From: Syntrophomonas sp.
Lineage (GTDB): Bacteria > Bacillota > Syntrophomonadia > Syntrophomonadales > Syntrophomonadaceae
Assembly (NCBI GenBank): GCA_016841875.1
Contig: JAENYG010000001.1
Location: 139,247 to 203,246, forward strand
DNA length: 64,000 nucleotides
Direction: 5' to 3'
Part shown: one piece after another, positions 16,709 through 24,331 of the stretch
How the letters are laid out: each line of letters opens with the position of its first letter
Numbering within the stretch: position 1 is the stretch's first letter
Made by a program: the position numbers and the translations under genes
Notes under the pieces: generated by a model
The model's input: the letters and a program-made list of their open reading frames with translations, nothing else
Told to the model about the DNA's origin: nothing
The model's database searches: none

Positions 16709-19579
16709 TTACAAGATTTTATTCACATACAATGCTTTAACATCTTCAGCATAACCATTCAATGCTGCATCTTCAATTATTTTCGTAGAGTTGAGTAGAT
16801 TTGTAATTGCATCATTCGAACCTTCAATTTTACTGATTCGATCATTGACTTTTTCGTTTCTTACGAAAATACTATCAAAAAGCCAAAGATGCTTTTTGAA
16901 GTAATTGAATTGATTGTACACTACTGTTCTGGAAGTCCAAATATCTTTAAACGAAAAAGGAAGATCATATTTATTGTTCAAAATATCTAGCACCTTTTTT
17001 TTATTTTCTTCGCTTAATATTTCTATCTCAGGATAAGTTTCTCGTAAATAATTAATCCTAGCTATGGCTTCATTTATGTATATTTCAGTGGTACCCACCA
17101 GCGAATAAATACAGTAAATAAATTCAAATTTAGTTAAATGATCAAATTCTAAAAAAATCTTTAATATAGCTCTGTATGGAAAAATATACGTTTCATTTTC
17201 ATCAATTACAATTTCATGGTATTTTAATAGTTGTTCCCTAAAAATATCATCAAACAAGATATCGTCTTGATATATTATTTGTCCCAGATTTGATAGAGAA
17301 TAAAGCTTGTCTTTTTTCTCTATCAATCCCAATTTTTCAGTATGCGAAACATTATTATGCCCTTTTTTTAACTCTGAATTTGTTTTGATGTCTACAATGC
17401 TATCAAATTTGTTTAGTGTTGGCAGCACCAGACTATCTCTGTATGCATCTTTGTTATAATCTCCAATTGTCCTGAACACCCTTTTATAAGACGATTTACG
17501 TTGTCTTGGTCCTTCAACAATAACAAGTTTTCCTTTAATATTACTTGGGTCTTTATTAACCTCAGCAATACGAAGGCTTAACCCCTCTGCAAAGTCTATA
17601 ATAGCTATCTTAGGTGGCAATATTAGCTTAATTTTTCCGTTAAGCATATCTGTTTTACCCGGTGCAGTATGGCCTTTAGTCGCCGCTTCGTAATTTATAT
17701 CGTTAATACATTCTGCTAATACCTGATCTTGATCTCTTAATGCTTGTAATACACTGTGTAGAGTATTGAACGATTCAGTATTAACCGATGAAAAATCGGT
17801 AGCCTCAGAAGGAATTATGATAGGAATAATAATATATGAATAATCGGTGTTTTTTTCATTAGTCTTTCTCAGAGCCCGTCCTATAGCTTGTATTATATCA
17901 ACCAGAGAATTTTTAGGATCTGCAAAATAGATTGCATCAATTACTGGGACATCTACTCCTTCTATCAGACAACGGGCATTGGATATAATGCCATATTTCG
18001 ACTTTTCAAATTGTTCAAGGATCTTTCTTCTAGAACCTGCTGTCATTGAGCCATTTACATGTCCCAAATATAAATCTCTATCATCCCTTATTTCGTGACA
18101 TATTTGGTCAATAAGAGAAAGTAAAGAGGGCTCGGAGCTGGACCCTTTAATGAAACTTTGGGCTCTCTCCACTGTACTATGAAATGTAATTACTTTCTTA
18201 GCATCAAGTTCATTAAGACATTTGGCTAGCAAAATTTGTTTAAAAAAACCTTGCGCAGTCGCAACGTTTTTGTATTCATCAGTAACATAATAGTTTTTTT
18301 CAATTAATTCTAACAGCTCATCTTCATCCATGCAACAAACCACCACTTTATAGTCTGATATTACTTGTTGCTCTATGGCTTCACCAAAAGAAATTTCCGA
18401 AAACGTCTTCCCGTATAACTTTTCATCATCCATTGAAAAAACGTCATATTCCGTATCCGCTGCAATTTTTTTAACCCTTGCACTCACAATTCGTTCTGTA
18501 GCTGTCATGAAAAGTCGTTTTTGGATCGGAATATATTTATCATACATACCATAAACAAACATTTCGGAGTCTTTTGTACCTGCAGTTCTATGCGCTTCAT
18601 CGAAAATTCCAATATCGAATATAATATCAGGTATCTTAGACATAGCATTTGTCAATGCATCAAGTGATTGATATGTAGAAAATATCACCCTTTTTCTTTC
18701 TTCTGTTTTGGTTAGGAAATCTTCTATATCATTAGGGGATGTAGTAACCGGAATACCTAGATTAGAAACCTTATATTTTGACTCATCATAGTTTGAGCTA
18801 TTAACAACTGAGGTGTCACTGCAAACACAAAGATATGAAAAAGGCTCTGAAGCTTGTTCCATCCATTCTTTTAGAGTTTGTTTAATCAGTGCTAGGTTAG
18901 GTACAATGAACAATATGGTTTTAGCGTTCATTTTTTCATGAATCCATAGTGACGTAATTGTCTTGCCAGTTGCGCAGGCTGCGATAATTTTACCTCTATC
19001 GTTACTTTCAAAACCTGATATTACTTCATTTATTATTTTTTCCTGATGCGGCTTAGGAGTATGTAGTTCATGGTTTTTTATTGCCTGTTCATGTATTAGA
19101 TTATATAAATTTTCAAAACAAAACTTATCTAACTCAATTAACTGATCTACAAGTATTGTGAACTGATGTTTTTTCTTATCTGATGGTATCGGCAAATCAT
19201 AACAATTAGAAAAAATACAACGATAATCTGCATACTCGGATTCAGCCCAAAATGTAGCTAATTCTGAATATGGAGCTGAGACACGACCTGTTCTAAACTT
19301 TGCTTGGTACGCAACAAGTTTACCATCGCGCCTTACTAATACACCATCAACACCATAATCTGTTTTTTCTAATTGCAACTTATCTCTTAAATCATCCGGT
19401 ATATCTTTTTCACGGTATACTACCTCAACATCATATTTCTCTTTATTCAATGTAAAAAAAGCATAAACAAACTCTTCGAAAATATCTCCTTTTTCTTTGT
19501 TATCAACAATAACTTCAATTTTCTTTTCGAGTTCATCCCAATTATAAAACAATTCATCGAAAATGCTATTATATTCCAT
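16709..19579 (-). CDS. restriction-type enzyme: N-terminal PD-(D/E)xK-like nuclease + SF2 (DEAH) helicase + ~280-aa unassigned C-terminal domain
   Basis: Residues 73-95, TDYGVDGV...YQAKF, form a D...QxK nuclease core. Walker A is ACATGKT (aa 201-207). Also FDEAHR, MTATER and QAIGRALR (motif VI). The C-terminal region has no motif I recognise. It is convergent with M1/M2 and co-transcribed with the C gene. Confidence 0.75.
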   Translation of the reverse strand: MEYNSIFDELFYNWDELEKKIEVIVDNKEKGDIFEEFVYAFFTLNKEKYDVEVVYREKDIPDDLRDKLQLEKTDYGVDGVLVRRDGKLVAYQAKFRTGRVSAPYSELATFWAESEYADYRCIFSNCYDLPIPSDKKKHQFTILVDQLIELDKFCFENLYNLIHEQAIKNHELHTPKPHQEKIINEVISGFESNDRGKIIAACATGKTITSLWIHEKMNAKTILFIVPNLALIKQTLKEWMEQASEPFSYLCVCSDTSVVNSSNYDESKYKVSNLGIPVTTSPNDIEDFLTKTEERKRVIFSTYQSLDALTNAMSKIPDIIFDIGIFDEAHRTAGTKDSEMFVYGMYDKYIPIQKRLFMTATERIVSARVKKIAADTEYDVFSMDDEKLYGKTFSEISFGEAIEQQVISDYKVVVCCMDEDELLELIEKNYYVTDEYKNVATAQGFFKQILLAKCLNELDAKKVITFHSTVERAQSFIKGSSSEPSLLSLIDQICHEIRDDRDLYLGHVNGSMTAGSRRKILEQFEKSKYGIISNARCLIEGVDVPVIDAIYFADPKNSLVDIIQAIGRALRKTNEKNTDYSYIIIPIIIPSEATDFSSVNTESFNTLHSVLQALRDQDQVLAECINDINYEAATKGHTAPGKTDMLNGKIKLILPPKIAIIDFAEGLSLRIAEVNKDPSNIKGKLVIVEGPRQRKSSYKRVFRTIGDYNKDAYRDSLVLPTLNKFDSIVDIKTNSELKKGHNNVSHTEKLGLIEKKDKLYSLSNLGQIIYQDDILFDDIFREQLLKYHEIVIDENETYIFPYRAILKIFLEFDHLTKFEFIYCIYSLVGTTEIYINEAIARINYLRETYPEIEILSEENKKKVLDILNNKYDLPFSFKDIWTSRTVVYNQFNYFKKHLWLFDSIFVRNEKVNDRISKIEGSNDAITNLLNSTKIIEDAALNGYAEDVKALYVNKIL

Positions 19580-19598
19580 ATATTCTCCCTATTAAACC

Positions 19599-19811
19599 TT
19601 ATAACCCTATAAATATGTCAGATAATTTTTTCCCTAATGCTTTCGATAACTTTTCTATATTCACTAATGAAATATTTCTTTCCCCACGTTCAACACCGCC
19701 AATATAGGTTCTATCAATTTCTGCTAGTTCGGCTAATTGTTCTTGGGATAGTCCTTTATTTAATCTTTCAGATTTTATCCGTTCTCCAAATTTCTTGCGA
19801 ATATCTCCCAT
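19599..19811 (-). CDS. R-M controller (C) protein, XRE-family HTH
   Basis: 70 aa. ERLNKGLSQEQLAELAEIDRTYIGGVERGERNISLVNIEKL is a typical C-protein sequence. It lies 19 nt upstream of the nuclease-helicase gene, with a C-box upstream. Confidence 0.85.
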   Translation of the reverse strand: MGDIRKKFGERIKSERLNKGLSQEQLAELAEIDRTYIGGVERGERNISLVNIEKLSKALGKKLSDIFIGL

Positions 19812-19848
19812 ATAAGACCGCCTCCTTCAGCAATTTTTTCATTCAGAT

Positions 19849-19874
19849 GACTATAAGTCTACAGACGATGAGTA
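19849..19874 (-). promoter_or_regulatory. C-box operator pair upstream of the C gene
   Basis: In the gene orientation it reads TACTCATCGTC-TGTA-GACTTATAGTC. This is a perfect GACT-N3-AGTC box (19849..19859), a TGTA spacer and a degenerate second box (19864..19874), 38 nt upstream of the ATG. Confidence 0.7.
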
Positions 19875-19891
19875 TCTTTAAAGAAAAGTAA

Positions 19892-19938
19892 GCATAAACT
19901 AGTCCCAGCTTTGCGAACAAGATGGGACTAGTTTATGC
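19892..19938. terminator. 16-bp perfect-stem hairpin at a module boundary (insulating terminator)
   Basis: GCATAAACTAGTCCCA-15 nt-TGGGACTAGTTTATGC. The flanks are T-rich when read on the minus strand (TTACTTTTCTTT). Confidence 0.5.
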
Positions 19939-20164
19939 TTTACACCCACAAAAAGGTTATGAATACTGTTACCGAAAGAGGGATGAGGTTTCTGCTGGGT
20001 AACACCGCTTACCCACACATGATAGTAATAAACAGACCCGCTTCCGTTGTAGGCCCTAGATGGAAAGATGTTCCTAGATTGATTTAGAATTTTACTATAT
20101 ATTTGTTAGATTATGGTGAAAAGGTGTAAAATTAGGTAAGTTAAAATTCCCGGAGGTGCTAAAT

Positions 20165-21517
20165 ATGGCAACAATAGCTCTGTTATCATGTTCAAAATCC
20201 AAGTTACCATATAAAAGCAAAGCGAAGGACTTATATTCACCTAGCCCTTGGTTTCGCAAAGCATATGATTATGCGAAGCAATCTGAAGTAGATAAAATAT
20301 TTATTCTTTCTACTCTATACGGACTGGTTCCAGAAAATAAGGAAATAGAGCCTTACGAGGCAACACTAAATAATGCTTTCGAGTCTGAAAGGAAAGCCTG
20401 GGCTGATAGAATAATCGTTGACCTGTGCAAAGTGGCTGATCTAGAAAATGATACTTTTGTTATAATTGCTGGAAAGAGATATTATGAGTACCTACTGCCA
20501 CATCTAAAACATGTTCAGCTTCCTCTAAAAGGTCTTAGTCTGGGATATTGGGTACCAACACTAAACCAAATGCTTGGGGAAAGCCAGGGGTCTCTAAAAG
20601 AAGTAAAAAGCGTTTCATATGAGCTTCATCAATTGTTTAATTCGTTACTCCGAGTTCAACATCCGTTTAAGCAGGCGCAAATTCCAATGAATGGTATATA
20701 TATAATGTTCGAAGAAGGTGAGAAGTACCAAGGGATGGACAGGATAGTCCGCGTTGGCATTAATATATCACAGAACAGGCTACGGGGAAGGATTAGAGAC
20801 CACTTTTTTGAAAATAAAGACAAGAGTATATTTAGAAAGAATATTGGGCAGGCAATACTTAACCGAGATAACGATGAATATCTTAATATATGGAGTTACA
20901 ACCCCAAAATGAAAGACCCACCGATTCTGGAAAAAGCCGACCCGGATTATCAGTTTATGATTGAAAAGAGGGTATCTGAATACATAAGGAAAAGTATAAG
21001 TTTTGTATTCATACCAGTTGAGGCTAAAAGCGATAGGCTTCGCTTTGAAAACGCCATAGTTGCCACATTAAATAAAGACCCGCTATTCAATCCTGGTATA
21101 ACTTGGCTGGGTAGACACAGCCCTAAACCAGAAATAAGAACTAGCGGTTTGTGGCTCGTACAGGGGCTTAATGGACTCCCAATTACAGCAAAAGAATTTG
21201 AACATATTAAAAAAATGTCAGGAATTAAGATGGAATATAATTCTCCCCCAATAATAAAATCAGTAAGCTTGCTAACTGAAAGGACATTTGCAGAAGAACT
21301 GAATAAGATCCTAGAGCAAGCAAGTCACCAGGGTAAAGAGTACGCGGATGTGATATCAGGAGACCTCCACCGGTTGGTGGGTGGATATCCCGGTGCAAAT
21401 CATCGAATGCCTACTTGCTGCAAGGTAATGTACAGCTATAGGAAAGATACAGATGAGGTACTTTATGCACCTCCAAGCGGCAAAGGTGCTACTTTAAAGA
21501 TAAGATACTGGCTTTAA
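20165..21517 (+). CDS. multidomain GIY-YIG nuclease-family protein (N-terminal alpha/beta domain, central GIY-YIG, C-terminal Cys-motif domain)
   Basis: ATG 20165 lies 8 nt after GGAGG. GIY at track residues 180-182 (NGIYIMF), then RIVRVGI, RLRGRIRDH and RFENAIVATLN (catalytic-Glu helix). The N-terminal ~130 aa recall DUF6884 (from memory). The C-terminus has SGDLHRLVGGYPGANHRMPTCCKVM. Confidence 0.6.
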   Translation: MATIALLSCSKSKLPYKSKAKDLYSPSPWFRKAYDYAKQSEVDKIFILSTLYGLVPENKEIEPYEATLNNAFESERKAWADRIIVDLCKVADLENDTFVIIAGKRYYEYLLPHLKHVQLPLKGLSLGYWVPTLNQMLGESQGSLKEVKSVSYELHQLFNSLLRVQHPFKQAQIPMNGIYIMFEEGEKYQGMDRIVRVGINISQNRLRGRIRDHFFENKDKSIFRKNIGQAILNRDNDEYLNIWSYNPKMKDPPILEKADPDYQFMIEKRVSEYIRKSISFVFIPVEAKSDRLRFENAIVATLNKDPLFNPGITWLGRHSPKPEIRTSGLWLVQGLNGLPITAKEFEHIKKMSGIKMEYNSPPIIKSVSLLTERTFAEELNKILEQASHQGKEYADVISGDLHRLVGGYPGANHRMPTCCKVMYSYRKDTDEVLYAPPSGKGATLKIRYWL

Positions 21518-21537
21518 TTAATTTAAGGAGGGGTTTT

Positions 21538-21882
21538 ATGAATGCAAAAACAGTCTATCCCCTATCTGGAAGAGGTAAGCCCATTACCTATTTTCAGCAA
21601 GGTAATACTACCATAATTAATTGGGGTTCTATGAAATTCAAGATTACTGATGAGCAAGTTAATAACCTTTTGGCAAACTTCTTTACCGATAAAGATAAGT
21701 GGTATTTATTAGGCACAAATATGACAGGTGCTCCAGAGGGTAGCTTTGGAAATTACATTTCTACACACTTTTCTTTAACCCCACGCCACGGCTCTGCCAT
21801 TGCACCCATACTAGTTAATGAGCAGGTATTGGATTATAGGGGGAAGAAGCCCCTAGAAGTTAAAAAACGAGGGAAGAATTAG
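21538..21882 (+). CDS. hypothetical 114-aa protein, partner of the GIY-YIG gene
   Basis: ATG lies 7 nt after AAGGAGGGG and 20 nt after the upstream stop. No recognisable motif. Confidence 0.55.
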   Translation: MNAKTVYPLSGRGKPITYFQQGNTTIINWGSMKFKITDEQVNNLLANFFTDKDKWYLLGTNMTGAPEGSFGNYISTHFSLTPRHGSAIAPILVNEQVLDYRGKKPLEVKKRGKN

Positions 21883-21885
21883 CTA

Positions 21886-22414
21886 CTACCCCAACCCCAC
21901 AAGCCATATCGGGCAATCCAACCCAATCAACGGCAATGTCTCCTTGGCAATATTAAAGTATGCCATGCCGCTTACAGAGCTTTTCCGATGAGCAAAGTAC
22001 TCATAAGGCCCGCTCATGGTAATTTCTATGCCCAAGGCCAATCTCTTCTCTACGTAGGCCATCTTAAACCCGCAGAAGTCTTTGAACATAGACTCTACCT
22101 TCCCAAACTGCACTTTCTACCTGAACTAGGCCATGGCCATAATGTCTAGCAAAATCCGAGTGCCAGTTTGCCTGCAAGGTGCTGGATGTCAGACACAATG
22201 TCCGTTGCTGGCCGGAGCTGCTGCACCGGTAGGCAATGAATCATATGACCATCCGCAGTCTGTTAGCCTTTTGAAAAACATACCGGTTGATATCCTACTG
22301 GGTCGGCTGCCTGGGCATTGATTCGATGGCGCTAACGATCTCACTGAAGAGTCCGGCATCTATGTTATTTACGTATTCTCTTGAGCAGTTGTAAAAGTAA
22401 TGTTCTATTGACAT
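21886..22414 (-). pseudogene. BglII/BstYI-family type II restriction endonuclease, disrupted by frameshifts and stops
   Basis: The pieces lie in three frames. First MSIEHYFYNCSREYVNNIDAGLFSEIVSAIESMPRQPTQ*, then ...LTDCGWSYDS..., then GLVQVE, a 1-nt shift, and VQFGKVESMFKDF...DCPIWLVGLG. The E-V-Q-F core and the PIxLVGL C-terminus match my recollection of BglII. Confidence 0.6.
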
Positions 22415-22422
22415 GGGAGCTC

Positions 22423-23613
22423 CTATAAAGTGGTATATTTCTTTGACCAATACTGCTTAACTAATGTGACTATGTTTTTATTTATATCTTTGAAATCTCT
22501 CTCATATAAATCCTGCATTCTTTTAACTATGCTCTCAACATCATCCCAATCATGAATACTAACTTGCTTAGTATATATTCGGGTGAATTTAGACTGCCCT
22601 TCTAGTGCTTTATTGGGAATCTTAAATACCCCAGCACTGTTGAGGTGTTCCATAAATTTCATCCTGTCTTCAGGGTCGGGAAACGTTCCAACTTCCAAAG
22701 TCAACTGAAGCTTATCATTGCTCTTTTTTTGAAACCAATATATAACCAAGTACTGATCACGAGTGTAGAGGTTATCTGTTGGTACCACTCCTACAAATTC
22801 CTTAGGTACAAACGCAAACAAGTTTGTGCTACTATGAATACGCTCTATATTGTCGTTCTTTTCCAAAAATGATTCAACAGCCTCAGAAAAACTTGTTGTC
22901 ATAGCATATTGTACAATTAAATCAATTGCATCTTTATGTTGAAGGTATATTTTCTTACATAATTCCTTTAATTTTTCATCTTCCATAAGCAGTTCCTCCA
23001 ATGTTTTTAAGTAATATTGAATAAAGTCAGCAACTTTTGCATTAAGACTATCCAAGTGCATTTCTAAAGCAAACTTGACGATCCTATATATTGATTGATG
23101 ACTTAAGGAACAATATTGTTCTGAATCTTCTGGATCGTCCCCAAATTTTGTTAACAGTATAGGTAATATCTTATAGTCAGGGAAATGTTTATTAACAGTT
23201 CTGAGATACTTTTGTAACTGGCCCTTACGTTCTTTGGAATGGATTTTATTTTCAATCAAGATAGCTAATTTACTTGATCTTGATACAGATAATAAATCAA
23301 TATTTTCCCATTCTCTTAGAATTTCCATGTCGTACAAATTAATTAGACTAATGTCATGTACTTCTGGAAAATCTATATTTTTATCATCATTGGTTAACAA
23401 TGTCTCAGTAATGACTTTTTTTATAATATAATCTCCAAATCGATGTGTTTCGTTTGGCGCTAATAGCCAAGATAAAATGTTTGAATGCCTTATTTCCAAC
23501 GAATTCACTTTTAATATTTTAAGAGGATTAAACTCGTTAACTTCTTTCTCAAGAAGTTCAAGGTTTTCGTTATTTACAATGAATTCGTGTAAAACGTGAA
23601 TATTGTTTTCCAC
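22423..23613 (-). CDS. PD-(D/E)XK nuclease-family protein (stand-alone, 396 aa)
   Basis: N-terminal FNPLKILKV...EIRHSNILSWLLAPNETHRFGD, and a core of NIDLLSVSRSSKLAILIENKIHSKERKGQLQKY (D...ExK). Very AT-rich. Confidence 0.7.
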   Translation of the reverse strand: MENNIHVLHEFIVNNENLELLEKEVNEFNPLKILKVNSLEIRHSNILSWLLAPNETHRFGDYIIKKVITETLLTNDDKNIDFPEVHDISLINLYDMEILREWENIDLLSVSRSSKLAILIENKIHSKERKGQLQKYLRTVNKHFPDYKILPILLTKFGDDPEDSEQYCSLSHQSIYRIVKFALEMHLDSLNAKVADFIQYYLKTLEELLMEDEKLKELCKKIYLQHKDAIDLIVQYAMTTSFSEAVESFLEKNDNIERIHSSTNLFAFVPKEFVGVVPTDNLYTRDQYLVIYWFQKKSNDKLQLTLEVGTFPDPEDRMKFMEHLNSAGVFKIPNKALEGQSKFTRIYTKQVSIHDWDDVESIVKRMQDLYERDFKDINKNIVTLVKQYWSKKYTTL

Positions 23614-23799
23614 GCTTTCCCTTCTTTCAAATTATATTATCTAATCTCAATTTCACCACGCTCCTGGAATATCCTGCTATAAAAATGGATTATTTTTCTT
23701 CTATAGACAAATTGTTATATTTTATGGAAGATTGTGGAGGGATGGTGTAGAATTTAACATAATGTTGTGTTCGGACTAAGAATTATGGGGGAGGTATTT

Positions 23800-24306
23800 A
23801 TGCAAGTAGAATTCGATTTAAATAAAGAGGATTACTGGCAATATAATTTATACATTTATTATAAAAGAAAAACAAAGTTCGGTACCTTTAATAAGATCCT
23901 ATTGATCGTATGCGGTTTTTGGTTTTTTTGGATAGGGTTAATCACTGGTTCGTTATTTGGAATGTTGGCCATAATTATTTTTGGCTTTTTATTAATGTTC
24001 ATTCTTATTAAAACTTCTGTATATCTAGCTGTTTCAAACAGTAAGAGCACCCTCGGCAATTATCATATATCCATTGGTCCAGAAGGAGTAAATGCAAAAA
24101 CTCAACACAGAACAATCTTAACAACTTGGTCTGGAATATATGATGTCGCGAGTGATCGCTCTTATATTTATCTCTTTTACGATAATAATTTTGCTCACCT
24201 AATTCCTAAGCGAGCATTTGCCACACCTGATGATGCCCTTAAATTTGAAAAGCTCGCCACTGTATATTGGACCACTAAAGACTTACCCGAAGATGTTGAA
24301 GTATAA
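23800..24306 (+). CDS. YcxB-like membrane protein
   Basis: ATG lies behind GGGGGAGG. MQVEFDLNKEDYWQYNLY..., two TM helices and a C-terminal soluble part, the layout of the YcxB family (from memory). Confidence 0.45.
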   Translation: MQVEFDLNKEDYWQYNLYIYYKRKTKFGTFNKILLIVCGFWFFWIGLITGSLFGMLAIIIFGFLLMFILIKTSVYLAVSNSKSTLGNYHISIGPEGVNAKTQHRTILTTWSGIYDVASDRSYIYLFYDNNFAHLIPKRAFATPDDALKFEKLATVYWTTKDLPEDVEV

Positions 24307-24331
24307 TTCTGATTACCAAAGGAGGTTCCTA

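Noticed and set aside
22133-22321. 62-aa plus-strand ORF between the GIY-YIG cassette and the PD-(D/E)XK gene
   Set aside because: It is antisense to the BglII-like relic, whose fragments explain the region better. It has no RBS.
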